DNA of 58,642 nt, from assembly GCF_001194135.2 (NCBI RefSeq), contig NC_068998.1, positions 48,854,227-48,912,868 of the forward strand, written 5' to 3'. This DNA comes from Octopus bimaculoides (lineage: Eukaryota). Shown here piece after piece: positions 1 to 14,948 of this stretch. Numbering within the stretch: the stretch's first letter is position 1; each line of letters begins with the position of its first letter. The notes below the pieces were generated by a model, which worked only from the letters and a program-made list of their open reading frames with translations, searched no databases and was not told the origin of the DNA. Both the position numbers and the translations under genes were made by a program.

Positions 1-956
1 ATATATATATATATATATACAGAGAGAAGGAGAATGAGAGAGAGAGAAAGAGAGGGAGTGAGAGAGAAACACATACATCAGGACAGGATAACACGCAGAG
101 ACAGAAGGAAAGAAACAGCGAGAGAGAGAGGGAAAGAAGGAGAGAGACAGACAGTCACATATAGAAAACGAAAGGCAAATAGACAGGAACGCAGAGAGAG
201 TGAGACAGAGAGTGTGAGTGTGTGAGAGAGGGAGGGAGAGAAATAGAAGAAGAGAGAAGGGGGAGAGGGGGAGGGAGGCGGAGAGAGAGAGAGAGAGAGA
301 TTGGAAACTTTAGATTTGTCTCACAAAGTATTCCACTTTGCATACTTTTGTGAACACACACACGCACACAGACATACAGAATTTGTGATGGCGATGGATG
401 AAATGATGGCGGCATTGGTGATCATGGTGACGACGTCGAAGGCGGTGATGCCAGCCACGACAACGACGAAGGGCGATATAAAAGATGATTAAGATTCAAA
501 CTCTACCGGCGCCTGATGGTATGTGATGTTGAATCAAAGCATTCCGCGCCACTTATTAGTGACAGGCATCTGAAGTGTTGCTTGTATAAATGTTTGCATA
601 TATAAGACACATCGATACACACACACACACACACACACACACATGTGCGCGCGCGCTCACACACATACACACGGATACATACAAACACACATACACACAC
701 ACGTATACACACAAACTCGCACACGCACACGTACACTCGCACAAACACACACACACACACACACATGTACAAACGTAAACACACACGTATAAACAAAAAC
801 ACACACACGTACACACAAACACGCTCATACACACACACACACGTATACGCACAAACACACACACGTACACACACACACACACACGTACACACATACACGT
901 ACACACGCACACGTATAGACACAAGCACGCTCAAACACATACATATATATAAGCAC

Positions 957-1118
957 AGGAGTGGCTGTGTGGTAAGAAGCTTGCTTCCCAACCACATGGT
1001 TTCAGGTTCAGTCCCACTGCGTGGCACCTTGGGCAAGTGTCTTGTACTATAACCTCGGGTCGACCAAAGCCTTGTGAGTAGATTTGCTAGACGGAAACTG
1101 AAAGAAACCCTTCGTATA
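957..1118 (+). mobile_element. tRNA-derived SINE (family A)
   Basis: A-box TGGCTGTGTGGTAAG, B-box GGTTCAGTCCC, conserved CCTTGGGCAAGTGTCTT body; ends at (TA)n/gap. Diverged copies near 19465-19630(-), 34413-34540(+), 37690-37795(-), 54020-54140(+). Confidence 0.8.
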
Positions 1119-2099
1119 NNNNNNNNNNNNNNNNNNNNNNNNNNNNNNNNNNNNNNNNNNNNNNNNNNNNNNNNNNNNNNNNNNNNNNNNNNNNNNNNNN
1201 NNNNNNNNNNNNNNNNNNNNNNNNNNNNNNNNNNNNNNNNNNNNNNNNNNNNNNNNNNNNNNNNNNNNNNNNNNNNNNNNNNNNNNNNNNNNNNNNNNNN
1301 NNNNNNNNNNNNNNNNNNNNNNNNNNNNNNNNNNNNNNNNNNNNNNNNNNNNNNNNNNNNNNNNNNNNNNNNNNNNNNNNNNNNNNNNNNNNNNNNNNNN
1401 NNNNNNNNNNNNNNNNNNNNNNNNNNNNNNNNNNNNNNNNNNNNNNNNNNNNNNNNNNNNNNNNNNNNNNNNNNNNNNNNNNNNNNNNNNNNNNNNNNNN
1501 NNNNNNNNNNNNTATATATATACTATTAAAGTGGCTAGTCGCAATTTAAGACCAAGAGGCACAAGTACGATCGTCACTAAATGGCTAAGGGTCCAAGTCA
1601 GCACTAGCATTGCTAGAAATGAGAGTTCAAACAACTCTTAGCCACAGGCAGAGCACTCTCTATTGACTGACAAGGGAGACAACCTCCCTGCATGCACATT
1701 ACACATAGGCGCATACATGTACACATAACACTCATACACTCGCATAAAAACATCAAGCACACACATCAAGGTGGTTGATATGTGGAATCGTTAGACCAAA
1801 CGTACAGGAAACAAAAGAGAGAAGTAGGTGAGGAAACAACAAGCAGGTGTATTAGTTTGACGCTCGGGAAGAATGGAAAAGTCCTAGACGTTTCGAGCTT
1901 ACGCTCTTCGACCGAAAGGGATGAGAGGAGAAAATTGGAGAGAGAGAAACGGAGAGAGAAAAAGACGACAATACATCCCACCATATATGTTATTTATAAA
2001 ATACAACATCATATTCTCATATAAGGTAAGTAATCAATCGGTTTCATACCAAGAGTTGAAAACATGATTGTGTATTTTATCATAAACGATACCTGAGCT

Positions 2100-2263
2100 A
2101 GGAGGGAGGTTGGCAGAATTGTCAGCATGTCAAAGTGCTCATCGGTATATCGTCCGTTTTTACATTCTGAGTTCAAATTCCACAGGGAGCAACTTTGCTT
2201 TTCTTCCTTTCAGGGACGATGAAAGAAGTACCAGTGAAACACTGGGTCAATGTAATCGACAGC
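2100..2263 (+). mobile_element. SINE family B, diverged
   Basis: TGGCAGAATTGTCAGC...GAGTTCAAATTCC...CCTTTCAGGGACGATGAAAGAAGTACCAG. Confidence 0.7.
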
Positions 2264-2459
2264 CAAAAAAGGAATGATGGAATAAATTTTTATCTTTACA
2301 GCTGTTTCGGATGAAGCACGATGTGCCATAATCATGAGTCTTATATAATAGTAACAAGATCGCATAATATTGTAGGTATTTTGAATAAAAAACGGATTTT
2401 TATTGATCTTGCGATTAAGATTCCTGCGAATAGCGGAGTATAGAACAGTGTTTAAGAAT

Positions 2460-3130
2460 ATATAGATTCAGTGAGAAGTTGAGAGGCGTTGAGTGGGGAG
2501 GGGGGGGGCGATAAGTGAGAAACATACAGAGAAAGAGGAATGATAGCTGGAGGATGGGCTTGCTGGAGTGGACTTAGTTCTTAGAAGACATCAAGAAAAA
2601 AATTGGGGTGGAAAAGAGAAAATAAGTCTTAAAGACAGAGCAATAAGAAAGATTGAAAGATAGGCAAAAGTAAGTTTCTATTGAAAGGTAGCTTAGCAAT
2701 GAGAATTGCAGGACGGTAGTAAGGAGCCGATATAGAGAAGGAGCGGGGGATGGGCAGTGAATCAAAGTCCGTAGAATAGATAAGAAGAGATAAAACTAAA
2801 TAAGAAAATGTAAAGGAGACACAAACTATTGGTTGATCGCACCAGGGACGCAAGTCACTAGAATGGGAAGGCAGAAGAATGAACAGTACACTGGTAAGAG
2901 AGTGGGAAGATGAAAAAGTACCGAGTGTTGCCAATTAGTTGTAGCTGTACGGGAATAGAATCGTTAAGGAGGAGGAGGAGATATTAACGGTAGAGATGAA
3001 GGTTTAGTTCTTACAGGTGGAACATAAGGATTTATGGTAATGAGATAACGATTTGTAGAACTTACGGCTACACACGTTAATTACGCCAGAGAAGCGATTA
3101 AGGAGGCGACGTTATTCTGGTATAATATTC
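2460..3130 (-). mobile_element. Highly decayed LINE ORF2 relic (CR1/Jockey group, endonuclease-RT linker)
   Basis: Minus-strand fragments such as RFYSRTATTNWQ and SDLRPWCD; many stops. Confidence 0.4.
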
Positions 3131-3302
3131 GGGGGTGACTCACAGCATCAATAATATATAAATGTTTTCTCCATTTCTAAAAATGTATAAAGTACTTTTA
3201 GTGGACTGTTTTCCTCTTGATAATTTGAATAAGATTTACGAAATGCATACACATACGTCGACAGGCTTACATATATATATATAGCCATCTAACTATCTAT
3301 CC

Positions 3303-3346
<44 letters not shown>

Positions 3347-3531
3347 ACACATACACACACTCATACACACGCGCGCGAGTGCACACACACACATACAAAG
3401 ACACGTAATATCTAACCGGAATTAGAGGAATCTTATAACTTTTCTAATTATTAGGAAATTCTATCTAAGGATTATAATTGACATAGCTGCACAAACATGA
3501 TAATCTGTAGCAATGTACAGGATTTTGTCAC

Positions 3532-3577
<46 letters not shown>

Positions 3578-4587
3578 NNNNNNNNNNNNNNNNNNNNNNN
3601 NNNNNNNNNNNNNNNNNNNNNNNNNNNNNNNNNNNNNNNNNNNNNNNNNNNNNNNNNNNNNNNNNNNNNNNNNNNNNNNNNNNNNNNNNNNNNNNNNNNN
3701 NNNNNNNNNNNNNNNNNNNNNNNNNNNNNNNNNNNNNNNNNNNNNNNNNNNNNNNNNNNNNNNNNNNNNNNNNNNNNNNNNNNNNNNNNNNNNNNNNNNN
3801 NNNNNNNNNNNNNNNNNNNNNNNNNNNNNNNNNNNNNNNNNNNNNNNNNNNNNNNNNNNNNNNNNNNNNNNNNNNNNNNNNNNNNNNNNNNNNNNNNNNN
3901 NNNNNNNNNNNNNNNNNNNNNNNNNNNNNNNNNNNNNNNNNNNNNNNNNNNNNNNNNNNNNNNNNNNNNNNNNNNNNNNNNNNNNNNNNNNNNNNNNNNN
4001 NNNNNNNNNNNNNNNNNNNNNNNNNNNNNNNNNNNNNNNNNNNNNNNNNNNNNNNNNNNNNNNNNNNNNNNNNNNNNNNNNNNNNNNNNNNNNNNNNNNN
4101 NNNNNNNNNNNNNNNNNNNNNNNNNNNNNNNNNNNNNNNNNNNNNNNNNNNNNNNNNNNNNNNNNNNNNNNNNNNNNNNNNNNNNNNNNNNNNNNNNNNN
4201 NNNNNNNNNNNNNNNNNNNNNNNNNNNNNNNNNNNNNNNNNNNNNNNNNNNNNNNNNNNNNNNNNNNNNNNNNNNNNNNNNNNNNNNNNNNNNNNNNNNN
4301 NNNNNNNNNNNNNNNNNNNNNNNNNNNNNNNNNNNNNNNNNNNNNNNNNNNNNNNNNNNNNNNNNNNNNNNNNNNNNNNNNNNNNNNNNAGGGTGGGGAA
4401 AGAAATAGAGAAAGAGAGAGACTGTCTGTTGTGCAATGTTGTCCAATATCTTCCTTGATAAGCTTCGTTTTATTTCTGCGCAAATTTATTTTCGGCGTTT
4501 TTTTAAAATAAACAACCACATTTAGTTGAAGTCTAAGATAGAATATCAGAAAACCAAACGTAACAAATGTTGCCATTCTTTTTCCTA

Positions 4588-5548
4588 CTCTAGGCACAAG
4601 GGCCGAAATTTTTGGGGAAGGGGGCCAGCCGATTAGATCGACCCCAGTACGCAACTAGTACTTGATTTATCGACCCATGAAAGGATGAAAGGTAAAGTCA
4701 ACCTCGGAGGAATTTGACAAATGTTGCCATTCCACAACACGGAGTGTAGCTAATAAGACATCGTCATTAACATCAGTTCTTCCAAATATTGGCATAGAAC
4801 CATTTTGAGGGCACAGAAAGACGATTACATCGACTCCAGTGCTCAACTGTGCATACGTTACCGACCCCGAAAAGATAAAAAGCAAAGTCGATCTTGGCGG
4901 AATTTGAACTCACTGCTAAGCATTTTGCCTGGCGTGCTGGCGATTCAGCTGGCTCGCCATCTTACGAGGGGTGTATGAAAAGTCTTGAGCCTTAAAAAAA
5001 CCCCCCAAAAACACGGTACAAGACTTCTGATGAAGGTACAAGACTTCAAGGCTCAAAGGGTCAAAACTTTTCATACATCCCTCGTATGTAGTAACTTCAG
5101 TTTTTAGCACAAGGACAACAGTTTCGTGGCGTGGGTGGGTAAGTCNNNNNNNNNNGAGGAGGCCAGTCGATTAGATCGACTCCAGTACGCAACTGGTAAA
5201 TAATTCATCGATCTCAAAAGGATGAAAGGCAAAGTCGACCTCGGCAGAATTTGAACTCAGAACGTAGCGACGGGCGAAATACCGCTAAGCATTTAGCCCA
5301 GCGTGCTAATGATTCTGCCAGCTCACCTCCTTTGGCTGCCTTAAAGAATAAGAATGCTTTAGGTACAAGGCTAGCAATTTCGGGGTTGGGAGTGAGTGGT
5401 GGGGGGAATAAATCGACTACATCGTTTTATTGGCCACAAGGGCTAATATCAATTAAAAACATGTAAGGACAAAGACAGGACGAAAGTTACAAAAGGTTTT
5501 GTCCGAAAAGGTAGAAACGTTCGTCTAAACAGAGGAAGAAAACGGAGA

Positions 5549-5594
<46 letters not shown>

Positions 5595-5740
5595 GTTTCA
5601 AATTTGGTCACAAAGGCAGCAATTTTGGGAGAGGGAATGAGTCGATTACATCGACCCCAGTGTTCAACTGGTACTTATTTCATCGACCACCCAAAAGGAT
5701 GAAGGGCAAAGTCGACTTCGGCAGAATTTGAACTCAGAAT
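4588..5740 (-). mobile_element. Cluster of same-orientation tRNA-derived SINE family B copies (4588-4718, 4821-4962, 5155-5332, 5594-5740)
   Basis: Each carries the reverse complement of GAGTTCAAATT (B-box) and CTTTCATCCTTTCGGGGTCGATAAA...GTACCAG...CTGGGGTCGATGTAATCGAC, a Deu/Nin-like central domain (domain name is inference). Confidence 0.85.
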
Positions 5741-6229
5741 CAAATAACAAAGAATAACGGCAACACGAAGAGAACAAACACAATAGCAGCCACGACCGCA
5801 ACAATAACAACGACAATAACAACAGCTTTAACAGCAATAACAACATCATCAACATTCATATCAAAGTGGTTTCTTCCCGGCGTAGTTCCCTGTACATTGA
5901 ACAAGTATTCACGTCCTTTCTCTCACCACCTACGGCGTACAAACTATTCTTAAACCATGTCTGCGTAGTTACCTATATTAATAGAGATTCCAGCACAGTA
6001 AAAACCATGTTGCCAAGGGGGAAAGCGGTATTTGCGTGGTTTCACTTACAACAAATTAGCAGATATTTTTTTTTGTTACTCTTACGTAATTGAGACGTTT
6101 TCGTATCGAGAAACAACACGCAAAAGAAAAAAAAAAAAACTAGGTCACGTTTCGGTTCGCTGAGAACGTTTGACAACTTCTTTGGAATGAATACCTGTGT
6201 ATACGCACTGACGTGCGTACATATAAACG

Positions 6230-6930
6230 CACACAGACATGCACACACAAACAGACACAGACACATGCACACAGATACACACATACATTGACACAGACAC
6301 ACACACACACAGATACACACAGACACACACAGACATGCACACATACATACGCAAGCACACACATACATACGCATACACACGTACATGTATATACACATGC
6401 ACACAGACGCACACCTACATACAAGCGCGTGCACACATGCATACACACATACACACGCATGCACACACGCACAATCATACACATACATACACATATACAC
6501 ACACATACACAATCGCACAGTCACACTCATACACAGGCACACACAGATATACACACATACATACGCACACACAAACACAGATATACACACATACATACGC
6601 GCACACACAGATACACACACATACATACGCATGCACACATGCTTACATACACATGCACACAGACGTACACATACATACAACTGCGTACACACATACACTC
6701 ATACACACGCACATACACACACATACGCATGCACACGCATACGCACACACACATGTGCGCTCACACACATGCGTGATCACACACATACATACGCATGCCC
6801 ATATATATATATATGCACGCGTACACGCACATAGATATATACGCACGCACACACACACACACACACATTCATACATACGTACGCCCACGCACATACGCAC
6901 GCACAAGGCATGCTCACGGCACACACAACA
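6230..6930. repeat. Compound (CA)n/(TACA)n microsatellite field, representative of dozens in the window
   Basis: Direct inspection. Similar fields at 610-950, 7085-7370 (GA), 10853-10944 (ACT), 13000-14430, 19830-20600 (GTT/GGT), 30690-31420, 39015-39085 and 46212-46308 (AAT), 58286-58358 (TCT). Most N gaps are flanked by such repeats. Confidence 0.97.
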
Positions 6931-7087
6931 CATTCATGAGCTTGGCGTTCGCGTAGTAAACTATCGCCGTGCTTGTCGTTATGTATTGTGTGTCTCTCTA
7001 TATAAAGTGGGGTGTCTGACGTCGTTGAGAACGGAAAGTTATACCAAATTACGTATACGCAATTGAGACTAAATAACTGTGTAGGAA

Positions 7088-7131
<44 letters not shown>

Positions 7132-7139
7132 GGAGAGAA

Positions 7140-7170
<31 letters not shown>

Positions 7171-7789
7171 GAGAAAGAGAAAGGATAGTGGGAGAGTGTG
7201 AGAGTGAGAGAGGGAGAGAGATTGACTATGAGGAAGAGGAGGATTACGAAAGAGAAAGGGGAGAAGGAAGAAGGAAAGAAGAAAAAGAAGGGAAGGAAGG
7301 AAGGAAGAGGAGAAGGGAGGAAATGAAGAAAAAGAAGAAGTAGGAAGATGAGGAGAAGAAAGAAGACGAGGAAAATGGGAAGCAGTTTAATATACACAGT
7401 ACAATGATATGAGCTACTAAGAGTTTTTTGTTTGGAGATGCTTTTATATCATGCCTTGTGCCTCCAAGCAATCTTTTGGCTCTGAGTACATGGTCTATTT
7501 TATTTGTAAATTAGGACATTGGAACAAGAGAAATCACGAGAAAAACAAAATGAGAAAGTAAATACAAAATGTGGAAAAGTGAATAAAAACAGGAAAAGCA
7601 AAAACAAGTAAAGAAAATTAGAGTTATGTACCCTTTGATCGTAAAGCCATAATCAAGCTAGTTATTATAGAATAGTTCAACGGAAAGGGATCCCAAGAAT
7701 ACGAGTCAGCTACTCAATCCGGAGAAGGTGGCGTCCTCCAGTTCACCAAAAGAATTTCCCCCATATGTTTACATTTACTGGAAATAAGT

Positions 7790-8010
7790 TTAGATCTAAA
7801 AAATATACGATTTTTCAGCTATGCATAAGCTGCATTTCTTAGATCCATTAACGTATGACTTGGGTTTCTCCACAATTCCCCACTTGATTGTATGTAGTGT
7901 GTAGTTGGTCTTCAAACTACTTAGTGGTTTTATTTTTGTTGATGTGCAGGAAAGAAGATAGGCGGTTTGCGTAACACGTTTTGAAATCACCTTCGCATAA
8001 CCTGATGCAA
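7790..8010 (-). mobile_element. Penelope-like element relic (GIY-YIG endonuclease C-terminal part)
   Basis: Minus strand reads IRLCEGDFKTRYANRLSSF... and IKWGIVEKPKSYVNGSKKCSLCIAEKSYI across a frameshift. Confidence 0.75.
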
Positions 8011-8207
8011 TTTTCTTTTTTCGGTAAGGTTACCTAGATAACCATTTAGTTAGAAAAGGATCCACAATTGGGTAAAACACGATGACGCACAGAAAAGAAA
8101 ACGGGAGATGATATTTATAAAATATTTAGCAACATCATCTTGTTTTACGTAGTTGTTTGTTCATTTAGCGGTGGCAACACCGTCACTGACCCAGTACTAT
8201 TCTTTTC

Positions 8208-8414
8208 TAATCTAGGCACAAAGCCCGAAATCTTGGGGGAGGGGGCCTGTCGATTAGATCGCACCCCGTGCGTAACTGGTACTTAATTTATCGACCCCGA
8301 AAGAATAAAAGGTAAAGTCGACCTCGGTGGAATTTGAACTCAGAACGTAAATGCAGGCGAAATACCGCTAAGCATTTCGCCCAGCGTGCTAACGTTTCTG
8401 CCAGCTCATCGCTT
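8208..8414 (-). mobile_element. Full-length SINE family B
   Basis: A-box and B-box plus the same central domain as the 4588-5740 copies. Confidence 0.85.
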
Positions 8415-9132
8415 AGAAACGCGTGCAAGGTGATTCCAAAAACAATCAGTCCTATTTTGCATTTTCGTGTTATATATATATATATATATAGTATCTGTAT
8501 ATTTTATATTGATGCCTCTAATTGGATGGTTAAACCGTAACCCTTCATACGGGACTTTTTTATACGGGACTATTTGTGACGCACATAGAATAGATTCTTT
8601 GGAGTGAAGTGTTTGAACTCACTAGCCGATAAATTTCGTAAGTGCCTTCCTCACGTGGTTTTGATGTCGCATGGTCAAAATTCCCATGAGTTTTTATTAG
8701 ACACTTTCAAATTTATTCGAATATTGTGNNNNNNNNNNNNNNNNNNNNNNNNNNNNNNNNNNNNNNNNNNNNNNNNNNNNNNNNNNNNNNNNNNNNNNNN
8801 NNNNNNNNNNNNNNNNNNNNNNNNNNNNNNNNNNNNNNNNNNNNNNNNNNNNNNNNNNNNNNNNNNNNNNNNNNNNNNNNNNNNNNNNNNNNNNNNNNNN
8901 NNNNNNNNNNNNNNNNNNNNNNNNNNNNNNNNNNNNNNNNNNNNNNNNNNNNNNNNNNNNNNNNNNNNNNNNNNNNNNNNNNNNNNNNNNNNNNNNNNNN
9001 NNNNNNNNNNNNNNNNNNNNNNNNNNNNNNNNNNNNNNNNNNNNNNNNNNNNNNNNNNNNNNNNNNNNNNNNNNNNNNNNNNNNNNNNNNNNNNNNNNNN
9101 NNNNNNNNNNNNNNTATATATATATATATATA

Positions 9133-9368
9133 TCAGGGATTGCACCTAAAAAGTTCCCCTCTAAGGCATGAAGGCATGAGTCCGGGCAAGGTTGTTTATG
9201 GAAGACCGGAAGTCGTCTATGCATACCGGTCTCCTCTCTCCATGTCACCGATGTTATCCAAAGGAAAAGCAAAAGCTGATACAGCTTGGCGCCAGTGACG
9301 TCGCAAATCATTTCCACAGCTGAGTGACTGGAGCAACAGGAAATAAGTGACTTGTTTAAGAACATAAC
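9133..9368 (-). mobile_element. CORE-like SINE body and tail
   Basis: Homologous to 29618-29775 and to the core of 28969-29130. Confidence 0.7.
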
Positions 9369-10087
9369 AGACAGCGTGCTAACGATTCTGCTTGCTCATC
9401 GCCTTAATAATAACAATAATAGTGAGAATAATGATAAAGATTCTTCCTGACCTCGGTACATGGCCAGTGATTCTGCAAGGATTGTTGTCAGTCAATTACG
9501 TCGACTTCAGTGCTCATCTGGTACTTATTTTATCTGTTTTGAAAGGATGAAAGGTAATGTCTTCCACCTCAGTGGAACTTGAACTCGGAACGTAATGCAC
9601 GGTGAGAAATATCATTAAGCCCCACCCCGCCACACACACACTCAGATACATACACATTCACGTACACCGACACACACACAAGTAACTTTATCCTTTCGAG
9701 CAATTATGCACATATTCACATCAAGGAAAAGATGGACAAAATTAGCCAACGGAATAAGAATACACACACAAGTAGTTTTAGGTTAGGAAGAAGGCAGCTA
9801 GAATTGGTTCAGTGCCAGTGTGGTAAATGATTTGATGTCTATTTTGAGAAGAATTCTTCGAAGCTGATTCTGATTTTAAGCTTCTTCGTATCTTTAAAGC
9901 TTGTTATTATTCCCCACACAAGGTTTATCTTGAAAGTCAACTCAACCTCAACACTTCACTTACCCATCTTTTCTATCTGTCTGTCTTTCTTTTATCGTAA
10001 TGTTTCACTTCTTTAACTTTTTCTCCCCCCTTCTTTCTTTCTTTCTTTCTTTATTTCTTTCTTTCTTTCTTTCTTTCTTTCTTTTAT

Positions 10088-10134
<47 letters not shown>

Positions 10135-10854
10135 GACGGGCTAGTCAGCTGTGTGTCTTGATATTTATCTTGTCCCCATCCTTCACTTGCCGACCGGTGT
10201 TAGCTTGTTTACATCCACGTAGCTTAGCTGTGGTTTCGGCAAAGGAGACCGACAGACCAAGTACAAAACTTAAAATGCAAGTGAATGCTCGGGCCCAGCT
10301 TACTCGACTAAACCTGTAAGGCGGTGCTGCAGTATGGCCGTAGTTCAATGAATAAAAGAATGTAACACAGTAACGCTAACAAGTTATTCGTTTATTCGCC
10401 AAATTTATTTATTTTTTTTCGTTGAATCGTGATGACGAAATGGGTGGAACTATCATTTGTTTATTTTAGAAAGATTTCATAAACCGAACTTGTGTATAAA
10501 CACAGAAGAGGTAACTAATTATTGGGTGGAGTTATTTGAGGGAAAAATTGTTTGATATCATTACTGTTAGGTCTTCTGTTCACTAATTGCCTGTATAATC
10601 TCAGTTAAATGGTGTTTTAAACTTCTTATCTCTCTATAATAATAACCGACCAAAATGTTGGTTGGCTGGCTGGTTGACTGATTGATACAGTCCTCCAGTC
10701 ACACTTTACATCCTACAGAGAGAAAGGGAAGAGCGTGAAAGAGAGGTGCAGGAAGGGTTAATATACGAGATACCGAATGAATACACATACTAGGCTTGGG
10801 GGCAGGTAATGAGTAAAAGAACACTACACCACCAACAGCACCAACACCGCCGCA

Positions 10855-10945
<91 letters not shown>

Positions 10946-12332
10946 TCCAAAAACATGCAATCCAACCATTTTGAAATGAAATCTGTGTGGATAACAGAAA
11001 TTATGAAGTTAAAAAAAAAAAATCAGAAGAAAGAAAGAAAAGAAAGATGTTAGATTTTTCCGGNNNNNNNNNNNNNNNNNNNNNNNNNNNNNNNNNNNNN
11101 NNNNNNNNNNNNNNNNNNNNNNNNNNNNNNNNNNNNNNNNNNNNNNNNNNNNNNNNNNNNNNNNNNNNNNNNNNNNNNNNNNNNNNNNNNNNNNNNNNNN
11201 NNNNNNNNNNNNNNNNNNNNNNNNNNNNNNNNNNNNNNNNNNNNNNNNNNNNNNNNNNNNNNNNNNNNNNNNNNNNNNNNNNNNNNNNNNNNNNNNNNNN
11301 NNNNNNNNNNNNNNNNNNNNNNNNNNNNNNNNNNNNNNNNNNNNNNNNNNNNNNNNNNNNNNNNNNNNNNNNNNNNNNNNNNNNNNNNNNNNNNNNNNNN
11401 NNNNNNNNNNNNNNNNNNNNNNNNNNNNNNNNNNNNNNNNNNNNNNNNNNNNNNNNNNNNNNNNNNNNNNNNNNNNNNNNNNNNNNNNNNNNNNNNNNNN
11501 NNNNNNNNNNNNNNNNNNNNNNNNNNNNNNNNNNNNNNNNNNNNNNNNNNNNNNNNNNNNNNNNNNNNNNNNNNNNNNNNNNNNNNNNNNNNNNNNNNNN
11601 NNNNNNNNNNNNNNNNNNNNNNNNNNNNNNNNNNNNNNNNNNNNNNNNNNNNNNNNNNNNNNNNNNNNNNNNNNNNNNNNNNNNNNNNNNNNNNNNNNNN
11701 NNNNNNNNNNNNNNNNNNNNNNNNNNNNNNNNNNNNNNNNNNNNNNNNNNNNNNNNNNNNNNNNNNNNNNNNNNNNNNNNNNNNNNNNNNNNNNNNNNNN
11801 NNNNNNNNNNNNNNNNNNNNNNNNNNNNNNNNNNNNNNNNNNNNNNNNNNNNNNNNNNNNNNNNNNNNNNNNNNNNNNNNNNNNNNNNNNNNNNNNNNNN
11901 NNNNNNNNNNNNNNNNNNNNNNNNNNNNNNNNNNNNNNNNNNNNNNNNNNNNNNNNNNNNNNNNNNNNNNNNNNNNNNNNNNTATATATATTAAATCTAT
12001 GACCGAGATATATAAATATATACATATATATATATATATATATTAAATCTATGACCGAGATATATATACATATATACATATACACACACATAAACATTTA
12101 TATATACATATACATACATACATACATAAATACGTACATACACACATATATACATACACACATATTTACATACATTCATGCATGCACTCACGTCGGTGTG
12201 TCTGATAGCTGTGAAACATATAACGGCATATGATATGTAGGATGAAACAGCTGTAACCAGCCACTAAACAAGACAAGTAAACTGTCAATTTTGATGTAAT
12301 TAACATTTACACAGAAACAAAGAGAAATTTCA

Positions 12333-12374
<42 letters not shown>

Positions 12375-12477
12375 CATTGATATGTATATGTTTATATGCA
12401 TGCATGCACTTATATATATCTATCTATATGCATATGTGTGCATGTATCTCTCTATTTTTCTGTCCGTCTGACTTCTG

Positions 12478-12523
<46 letters not shown>

Positions 12524-12636
12524 ATATATTCTTCTAAACTTCGCTAATTAAGACGTTTAGTCAATGAAATCGCTCGATCGAATCTTCAGAAAGAGGAAAC
12601 ATTTATTCAGAACAACGATATTCTAGTATTTTGTTT

Positions 12637-12688
<52 letters not shown>

Positions 12689-13312
12689 TATATACATATA
12701 TATATATACATATATATATATACATATATATATACATATATATGTGTGTATTTATAGACACAATGAAACACACACACGCGCGCGCCCGCGCATGTATAAT
12801 GTTATGTAACTCTAGCTCGTACCTCCTGTGTCGGAATGTGTAGATTCCCGCTTTGTGTGCTTTTGTTTAGTTTTTATTTCCGAATTTTTTTTTTTTTTTT
12901 TTTTTGACTGCTAAATCTAACAGTCTATCGCACCCGGATCTCATATGAAAACAACGTCAATAGCCGAGTAAAGTGCTTAACAGGTGACAGCACTTGGTAA
13001 AGGGCATACGCATACATACATACATACATACATACATACATACATACATACACACAAACACATAGATACATACATGCAAACATACATACATACATATATA
13101 CATAGACACACAAACATAGATACATACATGCATGCATACATATATATGTGTGTGCACAGACATACCTAAATATTAGTATTTATGAATATATGTGCGTATA
13201 ATTACTATTTGTGTGTATGGGTATATATACAAACATATATATACATATATATATATATATATAGGTATATATATATATGTCTATATATATAGGTATATAT
13301 ATGTGTATATAA

Positions 13313-13344
<32 letters not shown>

Positions 13345-13671
13345 ATGTNNNNNNNNNNNNNNNNNNNNNNNNNNNNNNNNNNNNNNNNNNNNNNNNNNNN
13401 NNNNNNNNNNNNNNNNNNNNNNNNNNNNNNNNNNNNNNNNNNNNNNNNNNNNNNNNNNNNNNNNNNNNNNNNNNNNNNNNNNNNNNNNNNNNNNNNNNNN
13501 NNNNNNNNNNNNNNNNNNNNNNNNNNNNNNNNNNNNNNNNNNNNNNNNNNNNNNNNNNNNNNNNNNNNNNNNNNNNNNNNNNNNNNNNNNNNNNNNNNNN
13601 NNNNNNNNNNNNNNNNNNNNNNNNNNNNNNNNNNNNNNNNNNNNNNNNNNNNNNNNNNNNNNNNNNNNNNN

Positions 13672-13702
<31 letters not shown>

Positions 13703-14353
13703 TGTGTGTGTGAGTGTGTATGTGTTTGTGTGTATGTATGTGTGTGTGTGTACGTATATATATGTATACAAAAGTACATACGTACTTTTACACATACGCA
13801 CACAGACACACACATATATTGTGTATATGTCTACATATGTATTTATGTGATGTATGTGTGTGTGTGCGTGTGTGTGTGTGTGCGGGTGGGTATGTGAGTG
13901 TGTGTGTGTGTGTGTGTGTATATGTTTCTGTGTATTTATTTGGTGGTATATCATGTGAAGGAGAAAGAAATATTGAATTGGCAGATGTGTGGGGTAGATA
14001 TGATGGTCGGGTGTTGAAGGGGTACCTGTATAGATTACCTACAATATAAGAAACCCATAAAATGTTTAGTCTAAGGCCACCCGCCACCCTCTTAATTGCA
14101 TTACCTTGTAACTGGCAAGGGCTGAAACAGTTTCTCTTTCACCTTACATTATCTACTGGTGTGTATGTATATGTTGGTTAATTATTAATTACGCTATGTA
14201 TGTCGATGTGAATGTATATATATGTAAGGGTGTGTGTTGTGTTCGTTACAACAAACACAGCCATGTATCCGTATCCACCGTAATGTGTGTATGTATGTGT
14301 GTAATTATGTATGTATGTATGTATGTATGTATGTATATTCATACAAATATACG

Positions 14354-14426
<73 letters not shown>

Positions 14427-14915
14427 NNNNNNNNNNNNNNNNNNNNNNNNNNNNNNNNNNNNNNNNNNNNNNNNNNNNNNNNNNNNNNNNNNNNNNNNNN
14501 NNNNNNNNNNNNNNNNNNNNNNNNNNNNNNNNNNNNNNNNNNNNNNNNNNNNNNNNNNNNNNNNNNNNNNNNNNNNNNNNNNNNNNNNNNNNNNNNNNNN
14601 NNNNNNNNNNNNNNNNNNNNNNNNNNNNNNNNNNNNNNNNNNNNNNNNNNNNNNNNNNNNNNNNNNNNNNNNNNNNNNNNNNNNNNNNNNNNNNNNNNNN
14701 NNNNNNNNNNNNNNNNNNNNNNNNNNNNNNNNNNNNNNNNNNNNNNNNNNNNNNNNNNNNNNNNNNNNNNNNNNNNNNNNNNNNNNNNNNNNNNNNNNNN
14801 NNNNNNNNNNNNNNNNNNNNNNNNNNNNNNNNNNNNNTATATATATACTTGTATACATAAACTCGCACGCATACATACTTACATATATGTGTATATATAT
14901 GTATGTGTGTGTGTG

Positions 14916-14948
<33 letters not shown>

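Noticed and set aside
11987-12064. Direct repeat ATATTAAATCTATGACCGAGATATA twice
   Set aside because: It is adjacent to a gap and embedded in (TA)n; most likely slippage or an assembly artefact.
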